A DNA stretch of 64,000 bases from Smithellaceae bacterium. Its GTDB lineage: Bacteria; Desulfobacterota; Syntrophia; Syntrophales; Smithellaceae. A program made the translations under genes and the position numbers. The notes beneath the pieces are model-generated. The model worked only from the letters and a program-made list of their open reading frames with translations. It did not search any database and was not told the DNA's origin. This document shows, in pieces, positions 19,264 through 27,747 of this stretch (position 1 is the first letter of the stretch; the number at the start of each line of letters is the position of its first letter). The stretch covers positions 1,024,001 through 1,088,000 of the forward strand of contig CAXXVL010000002.1 of assembly GCA_963667845.2 (NCBI GenBank). Direction: 5' to 3'.

Positions 19264-19718
19264 GCGCTATGGCTGTTAACTTCGATGAGCTTCAGATTGG
19301 AGACGCCATACCGGCTTATACGGCTGCGCCCATAACGCGTACGCACCTTGTGCGCTATGCCGGCGCTTCCGGTGACTTTAATCCCCTGCACCACGATGAG
19401 ACGTTTGCCAAAGCGATCGGCATGGACCAGGTCATCGCCCACGGCATGTTTATTATGGGTATTGCGGGCGAAGCGATCACCTCCTGGATCGATTATAAAT
19501 ACTTAAGAAGATTCTCTGTGCATTTCCTGAGCATGACCCATCCGGTTGATCTGGATGATTTTGAGAACACCAAAGGCCGCGCAACCATTACTGTGAGCGG
19601 CAAAGTGATAGAAAAATACGAAGAGAACGGTGAAAAAAGAATCCGCTGCGAAATTATTGCCCTGGATGCTAAGGGCAGCAGAAAACTCACGGGTTTTTTC
19701 GTGGTCGCAATTCCCTGA
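19260..19718 (+). CDS. MaoC-family (R)-specific enoyl-CoA hydratase (HadB-like), catalytic subunit
   Basis: Hydratase-2 motif YAGASGDFNPLHHD..IAHGM; ATGA overlap with the upstream gene. Confidence 0.92.
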   Translation: MSAMAVNFDELQIGDAIPAYTAAPITRTHLVRYAGASGDFNPLHHDETFAKAIGMDQVIAHGMFIMGIAGEAITSWIDYKYLRRFSVHFLSMTHPVDLDDFENTKGRATITVSGKVIEKYEENGEKRIRCEIIALDAKGSRKLTGFFVVAIP

Positions 19719-19750
19719 TTGTCCCCGTCGCAAAAAGCAGCAGGTGTTCA

Positions 19751-21085
19751 ATGAAAGCCCGCATATTGGTTATTGATGATGACGCTGTCGCATGTGAATT
19801 TCTGCAGGAAGTTCTGCTACGCGACGGCTATGATGTCGACGCATTTACGTCTGCCCAGACTGCTCTGGAACGAAACCTGTCCGAATATGATTTGCTCATG
19901 TCCGATATCCGCATGCCGGGCATGGACGGCCTGCAATTCCTGGGTGAAGTTCAAAAGAAATGGCCGAACCTTCCCGTCATTCTAATGACCGCCTATGGAT
20001 CTCTGGAGACCACCATGGAAGCGATCAGCATGGGTGCCTGGGACTATATCAGCAAACCCTTTTCACCCGATGATTGCCGCGCCCTTGTCAAAAAGGTCCT
20101 GGAGGTTCGGGAGTTAAGGGAACGACGATCTGATGGACCGCTTGCCGCCATCGAGGAAGCCAAGCTGATTGGCTCTTCGTCCATCATGGTGGAGTTCTAC
20201 AAACAGATTGCCCGCGTTGCCGATTCCCAGGCGAGTGTCCTCATCGAAGGTGAAAGCGGAACCGGTAAGGAGCTGACCGCGCGTTCCCTGCATTCAATGT
20301 CTTTGCGGCGTCAAAAGCCTTTCGTGGTCGTTCATTGCGGTGCCATTCCGGATAACTTGCTCGAGTCGGAGTTATTCGGCTATGAAAGAGGATCTTTCAC
20401 CGGCGCGGATCATCAGCATGTCGGTCTTATTGAATCTGCAGAGGGCGGAACGATTTTCCTGGATGAGATTACGGAAATGTCCACGGCGCTGCAGAGCAAA
20501 TTGTTAAGATTCATGCAGGATGGAGAAGTCCGCAGAATCGGCGGAAATGAAGTGCGTCATGTCACCGTCCGCGTCGTTGCCGCTGCAAACAAAAATATCG
20601 ACGATGAAGTCGGTGCGGGACATTTTCGCCTTGATCTCCTGTATCGTTTCATCGTTCGTCTGCACATTCCGCCATTGCGCGACCGCCGGGCGGATGTACC
20701 GCTGCTGATCGAAGCGATGCTCAAGAAACTGGGATATCCGAGTGTGCGTGTCTCGCCGGAAGCCGTCGAATTACTCATGGCTTATGACTGGCCGGGTAAT
20801 GTAAGGGAATTGGAAAATGTCTTGCAGCAGACGCTGTTGCTTTCTCCTTTTATCGTTATCCTGCCTGAGAATTTGCCGGATCGGTTCCGGCCGACGGCGA
20901 ATGCTCCCAGAGGTGCGGAACTGCCGGAAATGACGCCGCTGGCTGAAGTGCAGAGGGAACAAATTCTTCAGACCCTGAGAAAAACGTCCTGGAATCAAAC
21001 GAAAGCCGCTGAAATTTTGGGCATTGACCGGAAAACATTGCGCATGAAAATCCGTCGCTACGGTCTGCAACAAGATGAAAAATAA
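19751..21085 (+). CDS. sigma54-dependent response regulator (NtrC/AtoC/ZraR family)
   Basis: Receiver domain (DDD, SDIRMP), Walker A GESGTGKE, GSFTGA loop, FLDEI, WPGNVREL and a Fis-type HTH. Confidence 0.96.
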   Translation: MKARILVIDDDAVACEFLQEVLLRDGYDVDAFTSAQTALERNLSEYDLLMSDIRMPGMDGLQFLGEVQKKWPNLPVILMTAYGSLETTMEAISMGAWDYISKPFSPDDCRALVKKVLEVRELRERRSDGPLAAIEEAKLIGSSSIMVEFYKQIARVADSQASVLIEGESGTGKELTARSLHSMSLRRQKPFVVVHCGAIPDNLLESELFGYERGSFTGADHQHVGLIESAEGGTIFLDEITEMSTALQSKLLRFMQDGEVRRIGGNEVRHVTVRVVAAANKNIDDEVGAGHFRLDLLYRFIVRLHIPPLRDRRADVPLLIEAMLKKLGYPSVRVSPEAVELLMAYDWPGNVRELENVLQQTLLLSPFIVILPENLPDRFRPTANAPRGAELPEMTPLAEVQREQILQTLRKTSWNQTKAAEILGIDRKTLRMKIRRYGLQQDEK

Positions 21086-21097
21086 AAGTTCTGCGCC

Positions 21098-22642
21098 TTA
21101 ATCAAATGTATCTTCTGCCATCCGGAGAAAGAGGATGACGGAAGTGCCACTCCCGGGGGTGCTTTGAATGTCCATGTGGCCGCCATGCGCCTTGATGATG
21201 TCGCGAACGATGGCGAGTCCCAGACCGCGCATGCCTTCATCCGTATGCGAGCTGAAGAAAGGTTCGCAGACTTTTTCCAGAAGGTCGGTGGCTATACCTT
21301 TCCCGCTGTCCGCAATCAGGATTCTTATCGTTCGTGCGGCACGATCATCCTCGGCGGATATGGTGATCCTGCCTCCATCAGGCATGGCTTCGATGGAATT
21401 CTGAATGATGTTCAACAGTGCCGTCTGAATCCTGTAACGATCGACATATAAGGAGGAGGTTGACCGGTCGATATGCGTTTCAATACTTATGTGGCTCTTT
21501 TGTATCAGCGGCTCAACCAGCGGCAGGGTCTCGCTTAATATTTTAGAGACGGTCATTAATTCGAAATGAGGTTCGGGAAGACGCGTAGCTTTGCGCACAT
21601 TTTGAATAACATTGTCCAGTCTCTGCGTCTGCTCTACAATCAGATTCAGCTTATGGGCGACGTCCGGAGGCCAGCCCTCCCGCTCCAGCATTAGCCTCGC
21701 GAGCCCGGCAATGGAATGCAGGGGCGTCCCCAAATCGTGAGCCAGATTGGCCGTCAAATGTCCCAGTGCCGTCAATTGTTTTAAATCATCAACCTGTTTT
21801 TGCAGCTGAACCACATTGAGCGTCTCCTCACGAACGCGATCCGCCAGATGGCTGGTCAAATCCAGGTTTCTGGCCATGACATTTTGAATTTCGTCGGCCA
21901 TTTGATTGAAGTGATGGGCTAATTGTCCCCATTCATCTTCCCGGATAATGGGGATACGTTCGACATATCGCCCTTTCTGAAATTCATCAATTGTGCCGAT
22001 AATTGTTTTGAGCGGCCGCCCGATTAGCCAGCCATAGCTGATGCCCAGGAGTAAAAGGATAGCCAGCAAAAGTCCGGCACTGCTGAAAAACAATAGCTGC
22101 CGGGCACGGCCCATGATTTCTGCATTTGCTCTCGAAAAAGCTATAATGCCGACGATAATGCGAGAATCTTTCGTGTCACCGGAAACCGGATAAAGCAAAC
22201 CAACCGATGGCCCTGCTTCCGTTTCGAGTTTTACAAATCTGGATTTTCCTTTAGCGCTGACCTCGGAAACGATGGTATCCGGCCATTCATATTGAACGCG
22301 GCTGGATCCTGCGACATAATTGATATTATTGCGACGCGTGTCGAAGATGTCGATGCGGGCCAGGCGTACATCAGACTGAATATGATCTTTCAATGCGGAA
22401 TCAAGGGCGGCAATGCCATGCCTGGTCGGGAAGTGCTGATAAAACGTGCTGACAGTTTCGGCAACGCCTTCCAATCTTTTGACCTGCTGATCTACCAGGA
22501 TTCTATCCAGAGCAGAGAGTTGAATCATCCCCCAGATAGCCATGGTGATGGCGAGTCCCGCTATGGTCAAAGCAACAAGTTTGAACCGAACGGTCAAATT
22601 GCTACTATAGTCAATTATTTTTGCCAATAATGTTTTTAACAT
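21098..22642 (-). CDS. Membrane sensor histidine kinase with a HAMP domain
   Basis: Two TMs, HAMP (DEWGQLAHHFNQM), H-box AHDLGTPL, N/G1/F/G2 boxes. Start uncertain (22642 or 22654); the track start 22738 overlaps a terminator. Confidence 0.93.
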   Translation of the reverse strand: MLKTLLAKIIDYSSNLTVRFKLVALTIAGLAITMAIWGMIQLSALDRILVDQQVKRLEGVAETVSTFYQHFPTRHGIAALDSALKDHIQSDVRLARIDIFDTRRNNINYVAGSSRVQYEWPDTIVSEVSAKGKSRFVKLETEAGPSVGLLYPVSGDTKDSRIIVGIIAFSRANAEIMGRARQLLFFSSAGLLLAILLLLGISYGWLIGRPLKTIIGTIDEFQKGRYVERIPIIREDEWGQLAHHFNQMADEIQNVMARNLDLTSHLADRVREETLNVVQLQKQVDDLKQLTALGHLTANLAHDLGTPLHSIAGLARLMLEREGWPPDVAHKLNLIVEQTQRLDNVIQNVRKATRLPEPHFELMTVSKILSETLPLVEPLIQKSHISIETHIDRSTSSLYVDRYRIQTALLNIIQNSIEAMPDGGRITISAEDDRAARTIRILIADSGKGIATDLLEKVCEPFFSSHTDEGMRGLGLAIVRDIIKAHGGHMDIQSTPGSGTSVILFLRMAEDTFD

Positions 22643-22736
22643 CGCAAGATTCATAGCAGAAAGATCGAAAATAAACCATGATGAGTTTGATGAAGACGCA
22701 TAGGCCTGAGCAGAGATTGCTGAAATCAAAATGCAC

Positions 22737-22769
22737 AAAAAAGGGATGAGCTTTCGCCCATCCCTTTTT
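22737..22769. terminator. Bidirectional intrinsic terminator after the Lys/Ala-rich gene
   Basis: AAAAAAGGGATGAGC-TTTC-GCCCATCCCTTTTT. Confidence 0.8.
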
Positions 22770-22793
22770 GTACGTCAATAAGTTTTGTAAAAC

Positions 22794-23042
22794 TTATTTT
22801 GCGGCCGGAGTTGCAGGAGCTTCTTCTTTCTTCATTTCGTCTTTCTTTGCGGCCTTCTTTGCTTTCTTTGCTTTCTTTGCAGCAGGCTTCTTGTCCATCT
22901 TCTTGTCTGCATCCGGGGTTGCTTTGTCGGCTGCTACGGCCTTATCGGCGGGAGCTGCGGGTGCGGCTGCCTTATCGGCTGCGATTACGGACATCGAAAA
23001 TGCAAAAACCAATGCTACGGCTAACAATACAATACGCTTCAT
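22794..23042 (-). CDS. Small secreted Lys/Ala/Pro-rich low-complexity protein (Asr-like composition)
   Basis: GGAGG RBS; signal peptide MKRIVLLAVALVFAFSMSVIA; mature part has repeated ADK motifs and AAKKAKKAKKAAKK. Confidence 0.85.
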   Translation of the reverse strand: MKRIVLLAVALVFAFSMSVIAADKAAAPAAPADKAVAADKATPDADKKMDKKPAAKKAKKAKKAAKKDEMKKEEAPATPAAK

Positions 23043-23124
23043 CTTAAAATCCTCCTTGTTAATAGTTTTTTTATTAACCCCCAAGAGTTTCTTAGGGGAC
23101 TCCACCTATAGAAAAGCATCACAC

Positions 23125-23520
23125 TTACTTCGTTACTGATGCCGGTTTCTCTTTATCCTGCTTTATCCCGTTTTTGCCGGGACCCTTTACTGCCCCCAGC
23201 TTTGCTACCCTGGCTGCCGTCAGCCTTCCATCCTTTATGTTGTAGTCAATTTTTACGGAGTCATTGACAGTAACATCCTTTACAGGAACGTCCAGCGCGA
23301 ACTCCATGATCTCCACATTGCCCTTGATACTGCGCTCGATTTTAATAGCCGTATCCGAAATTTCTACAACTTTCCCCCGGGCATTCATTTTCGCCGTCTT
23401 AACGTTTGTTGTTTTGAGCACAACACCCTGGTTTGATTCTTTAACAGGTTTATCGGCCGCAACGGCAAATGCAGCCAAAAGACAAATTACCCCTGCTATA
23501 CAAACCAAAGCTTTCTTCAT
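23125..23520 (-). CDS. Small secreted beta-rich protein (OB-fold-like)
   Basis: Signal peptide ending AVA/A; ARGKVVEISDTAIKIE..VNDSVKIDY pattern. Confidence 0.8.
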   Translation of the reverse strand: MKKALVCIAGVICLLAAFAVAADKPVKESNQGVVLKTTNVKTAKMNARGKVVEISDTAIKIERSIKGNVEIMEFALDVPVKDVTVNDSVKIDYNIKDGRLTAARVAKLGAVKGPGKNGIKQDKEKPASVTK

Positions 23521-23556
23521 TAACTGCGATCTCCCGATCATTTCTGTCTCCTATTT

Positions 23557-23572
23557 AGCAACGGGCATGCCA
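23557..23572 (-). promoter_or_regulatory. sigma54 (-24/-12) promoter
   Basis: TGGCATG-CCCG-TTGCT with exact GG-N10-GC spacing, 36 bp upstream of ATG 23520. Confidence 0.85.
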
Positions 23573-23668
23573 ATTCTCATGCTAAGCAAATTATCTTTTA
23601 TCTTATTGTATTTAAATGATAAATATTTATTGCCGGTTTTGCTTCGATCTATAAGAAACCAGTCGGCA

Positions 23669-23683
23669 GGGGAATAACTCCCC
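23669..23683. promoter_or_regulatory. Candidate upstream activator sequence for the sigma54 promoter
   Basis: Dyad GGGGA-ATAAC-TCCCC about 100 bp upstream of the -24 box, separated by an AT-rich tract. Confidence 0.5.
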
Positions 23684-23723
23684 AGTGCAGGCGAGAAATG
23701 CATCAATGCCCATAAAAGTCTGC

Positions 23724-24779
23724 TTAAGCCAGTCGGCGATAAATCCAGCAATGCAGATAAAAGAAAATTGCCTCGCGACCGCCCAGACTCAGGAGATTTT
23801 TCGAGATGATCCGAACATCCTTCTGCCTGGAGACTTTATGATCGGCCAGATAGATACTCAGGAGACCACGCGTAATTAAGCGGTGAAATTTTGCATTCGG
23901 TAAACTCGCAACACTCGCCTGCGCCTCGGTGTAAAAATGGCTGAGCCCTCGCGACAGGTGTTCATCATTTGCATAAAAAGAACAGAAATTGAGATCAAGA
24001 CCGGCGCGGTCTTCTTCCTGATCGATCAGATAATCCAGAAGAATGTGTAATCCCTGAACCCACGGGAAATAAGCATTCTTGATTCGGGCAACAAGCGCTT
24101 CCGTTGTTGCCCGATTGAATAGTTGCGAGACGATGCAAAAAATCCCAAGTGTTGAACCGGTGCAGGCGGCAAATTCATACCAAACCATCTGAGGTAATTG
24201 TTTTTCATGTTTGGCAAACCATGCCTGCAGACGCGGCACACGTTCATCTTTTTGGACGTGTTTATGGACCTGTAAATCAATATATAAACGGGCCAGTTCG
24301 AGGAGGGCGGCCGCACCCCGGTGGTAGTTGGGGAGATGACCCAAAATATCCTGGCACGTCTTTACCAGTTCGGTTAGGTAGCCGCCGTCATCCCGTTCAC
24401 GGCGGAAGCGGTAATAATCGGTAACAGATTCATTCGGTGTCAGGGCATGCAACATAGATTCATGTAATGCACGGAAATCTTCCGGACTTTGTGAAGTACT
24501 GCGGTCACAGAGATTATCCAGATAGTCACTAATCGTCTGATAAGCAACGATGAATTTAATCGCTTCCTTATATTCATTTCCGGCCAGCAAACCGTACAGA
24601 GAACCCCCTTCACAATGGAATGTCTTGGTCTCAATGCTGGCTGTCGCCTGGTGACGCAGTTCCGGGTCGGGAATGTTTTGGGCACGCGCCTTCCAATGTC
24701 GCAGACAGGCGTGAGTTATCGGCTGCACTATCAAAAATGTTTTTGTCGTCAGTGATATAAGATTAGTTGGTACCGGCAA
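23724..24779 (-). CDS. ytpB: Tetraprenyl-beta-curcumene synthase family protein (YtpB/DUF2600, class IB terpene synthase)
   Basis: KTFHCEGG, AYQTISDYLDNLCD, DLQVHKH, WYEFAACTGSTLG and GLHILLDYLIDQEED..LNF match B. subtilis YtpB as recalled. TTG 24779 follows AGGAGA. Confidence 0.9.
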   Translation of the reverse strand: MPVPTNLISLTTKTFLIVQPITHACLRHWKARAQNIPDPELRHQATASIETKTFHCEGGSLYGLLAGNEYKEAIKFIVAYQTISDYLDNLCDRSTSQSPEDFRALHESMLHALTPNESVTDYYRFRRERDDGGYLTELVKTCQDILGHLPNYHRGAAALLELARLYIDLQVHKHVQKDERVPRLQAWFAKHEKQLPQMVWYEFAACTGSTLGIFCIVSQLFNRATTEALVARIKNAYFPWVQGLHILLDYLIDQEEDRAGLDLNFCSFYANDEHLSRGLSHFYTEAQASVASLPNAKFHRLITRGLLSIYLADHKVSRQKDVRIISKNLLSLGGREAIFFYLHCWIYRRLA

Positions 24780-24838
24780 CCTGCTTCTCCTGTTCAAAAT
24801 TTAATTGGTGAATCTTTAACACACGTGCCGCCGTATAA

Positions 24839-24872
24839 CAAGGCCGGTCAATTGACCATTTGACCGGCCTTG
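24839..24872. repeat. 13-bp perfect inverted repeat between divergent genes
   Basis: CAAGGCCGGTCAA-TTGACCAT-TTGACCGGCCTTG. Confidence 0.65.
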
Positions 24873-24894
24873 GCAATCTATGATAGTTTTTCTC

Positions 24895-26235
24895 ATGGGA
24901 AAAGACGCAGCAAGCGGTGATGTCGATGTTATTGTTGTCGGTGGTGGAGCGGCGGGGCTGATGGCTGCCGGGAGCGCAGCCCGCCACGGTGTCCGAGTGT
25001 TGCTTCTGGAAAAAAATGATCGTCTCGGCAAGAAAATTCTGATCAGCGGCAAAACGCGGTGTAATTTGACCAATGCTGCAGACCTGCAATCGTTTCTTGG
25101 CATGTATGGTCCGAACGGCCGTTTTCTGCACAGCGCATTTTCCCGTTTTTTTCGTCCGGAGCTGCTCACATTTTTCGAGCAACACGGCCTCTCCACAAAG
25201 GTGGAGCGCGGCGGCAGGATTTTTCCCGTCTCCGACGACGCCCGCGACGTCGTTTGCGTCTTCCAAAAATATCTGGCTGAAAATAACGTCCGCACAATTT
25301 TCAATTCTCGAGTCATTGCTGTTCTGCATGATAAAGATGGCCGATTTATCGTTCAAACGACGGACGGTCATTATCAAACCCCGTGCGTGATCATTGCGAC
25401 CGGCGGCGCTTCGTGGCCGGCGACCGGTTCCACCGGCGACGGTTATACCATCAGTGCGGCGCTCGGGCACCGGATCATCGCACCTAAACCGGCCCTGGTG
25501 CCTCTGATTGTCCATGAACAGAGACTTGCGAAATCCATGCAGGGAGTCTCTCTGCGGAATGTCCGGGCTACTGCATTTCAAGGGGAAGCGGCAGCAATTG
25601 ACTCAACGCTTGTTCCCGGTCTGGATTATGGCCGGGGTGAAAAGAAGATTGCCCGGTTGCCGATTATTGAGAGCCGGTTTGGAGAAATGCTGTTCACGCA
25701 CTTCGGGCTGGGCGGACCGATCATTCTGCTCATGAGCCTGGCTGTTGTTGAAGCTCTGGAAAAGGGGTCTGTTGCCGTCCTGATCGATTTAAAGCCCGCG
25801 CTGACCAAAGATCAATTGCGAAAACGGCTTCAATCGGATTTAAATAAATTCAGCAAAAGGAGAATGGCGGGCATTCTGAAAGAATATTTACCGGCAAAGA
25901 TGATTGAACCTTTGATTGCTCTTTCCGGAATTGATGAAGAGAAACAGGCGCATCAGATGGACGCCGCCGATCGGGGGAAAATTATTGATTTACTCAAAGC
26001 ATTGCGATTCAATATAAAATCGCCTCTGCCGCTTGAAAGAGCTATTGTGACGGCAGGCGGGGTCGCGCTCGACGAAATTGATCCGCGAACGATGTCATCG
26101 AGAAAGCAAGCCGGTCTCTATTTCTGCGGTGAGCTGATGGATATTGATGCGGATACGGGAGGCTACAATTTGCAGGCGGCGTTTTCGACGGGCTACATCG
26201 CAGGAGAAAACGCCGCCGCTTTTGCAAGCAGGTGA
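24895..26235 (+). CDS. HI0933/BaiN/YhiN-family flavoprotein oxidoreductase
   Basis: Motifs GGGAAG, GKKILISGKTRCNLTN, GRIFP, ATGG.SWP.TGSTGDG, GEMLFTH and TGGYNLQAA. Confidence 0.95.
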   Translation: MGKDAASGDVDVIVVGGGAAGLMAAGSAARHGVRVLLLEKNDRLGKKILISGKTRCNLTNAADLQSFLGMYGPNGRFLHSAFSRFFRPELLTFFEQHGLSTKVERGGRIFPVSDDARDVVCVFQKYLAENNVRTIFNSRVIAVLHDKDGRFIVQTTDGHYQTPCVIIATGGASWPATGSTGDGYTISAALGHRIIAPKPALVPLIVHEQRLAKSMQGVSLRNVRATAFQGEAAAIDSTLVPGLDYGRGEKKIARLPIIESRFGEMLFTHFGLGGPIILLMSLAVVEALEKGSVAVLIDLKPALTKDQLRKRLQSDLNKFSKRRMAGILKEYLPAKMIEPLIALSGIDEEKQAHQMDAADRGKIIDLLKALRFNIKSPLPLERAIVTAGGVALDEIDPRTMSSRKQAGLYFCGELMDIDADTGGYNLQAAFSTGYIAGENAAAFASR

Positions 26236-26361
26236 GCAAACGGATTGCCGCTTTGTTGGGTGGCTGAGGCGGACCGATCTCCGCATCATGACGTATCAAC
26301 GGAATAATATCGAGACTCCGTAGAGTCAAACAGCTTAACCCGGAATAATGAAGAGGAGTGA

Positions 26362-27747
26362 ATGATGGCAGAAAACGACATAAAAGGGAAAGGCACGGTT
26401 ATCGCCAATAAATTTCTGCTTCGCTGCCACAATTTACGGGTCATGTTCGGGGAGACATTCGGTCTTGGTCCCGGCGCCACGCTGGCGGCTATTATTTTTA
26501 CCGCTCTTGTCTTAATGATCGCCGCGTTCTGGTTCTTTTACTCTGCGCCGCCCAATACGATTATCATCACCAGCGGCGATCAGGGCAGTCTCTTCCAAAG
26601 GAATGCCGAAAAGTATGAAAAGATTCTGGCGCGCAAGGGCGTGAAACTTAAGATTCTTCCTTCCGAAGGATCTTTGGAAAATCTGAAGCGTCTGGCTGAT
26701 CCCAAATTTCGCGTCGATGTTGGATTTGTGCAAGCGGGTGTGGCTAAGGGACAAAACATAGATAACCTGGTTTCTCTGGGCAGTATTTCCTATGAGCCAC
26801 TCTATTTATTCTGCCGGGCGGATCAACCGTATAAACTTCTGTCCCATTTCAGTGGGAAGAAGCTGGCGATCGGTGAAGAGGGCACTGGGACAAATGTACT
26901 GGCACTCACCCTTCTGGAACTAAACGGTATCAAGCCCGGCGGCGCGACGACATTATTAGAGATGGATGACGAGGAAGCAGAAAAGGCTCTTCTGGAGAAG
27001 AAGATCGACGGGGCATTCATGATGGCCGATTCCGCCGCTTCGAAGACCATGCGCGACCTGCTCCGAGAGCCCGGGATAACGGCTTTTCATTTTTCACAGG
27101 CGGACGCCTATACGCGCCGCATCAAGTATTTAAATAAACTGGTGCTCCTGGAAGGATCGATCGATTTCGGAAAGAATATTCCCGACCACAATATCAATCT
27201 GCTCAGTCCAACCGTTGAGCTGATAGCCCGGGCCGATCTGCATCCTGCGCTCTCCGACCTTCTTCTGGAAGCGGCAACAGAGGTACACAGCCGGGCCGGC
27301 CGCTATCAGCGGCAGGGCGAATTTCCGGCGCCGCTTGAGCACGAATACCGGATCAGCTCCGATGCACAGCGCTTTTACAAGTCAGGCAAGAGCTTCCTTT
27401 ACCGGTACTTGCCGTTCTCGATGGCCAGTCTTCTGAATCGGATTCTGGTGGTCATTGTGCCACTGATTCTGGTGCTGATTCCCGGACTCAAGAGCATCCC
27501 GGTCATCTATCGCTGGCGGATTCGTCTCCGCATCTTGCGCTGGTATCGCGCCTTATTAGTTTTGGAGGGCGACTTGGGTCAGGATGCGACATCCGAACAC
27601 CAGGCAAAACTGCTCAGAAGGCTCGATCAGATCGAAGAGAGCGTTAATAATATGAAAGTTGCGGCGTCCTTTGCCGATCAATTTTACGCCCTGCGCAGCC
27701 ACATCGCCATTGTCCGGGATCGATTGAAAGGCGGTACACCCTGCTGA
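26362..27747 (+). CDS. TAXI-family TRAP solute-binding protein with N- and C-terminal TM segments
   Basis: Motifs SEGSLENL, DVGFVQ.G, YEPL and AIGEEGTGT; hydrophobic segments at both ends. Confidence 0.85.
   Translation: MMAENDIKGKGTVIANKFLLRCHNLRVMFGETFGLGPGATLAAIIFTALVLMIAAFWFFYSAPPNTIIITSGDQGSLFQRNAEKYEKILARKGVKLKILPSEGSLENLKRLADPKFRVDVGFVQAGVAKGQNIDNLVSLGSISYEPLYLFCRADQPYKLLSHFSGKKLAIGEEGTGTNVLALTLLELNGIKPGGATTLLEMDDEEAEKALLEKKIDGAFMMADSAASKTMRDLLREPGITAFHFSQADAYTRRIKYLNKLVLLEGSIDFGKNIPDHNINLLSPTVELIARADLHPALSDLLLEAATEVHSRAGRYQRQGEFPAPLEHEYRISSDAQRFYKSGKSFLYRYLPFSMASLLNRILVVIVPLILVLIPGLKSIPVIYRWRIRLRILRWYRALLVLEGDLGQDATSEHQAKLLRRLDQIEESVNNMKVAASFADQFYALRSHIAIVRDRLKGGTPC

Noticed and set aside
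20380..20410. GSFTGA instead of GAFTGA in the enhancer-binding protein
   Set aside because: A common variant found in functional sigma54 activators; not evidence of a sigma54-independent regulator.
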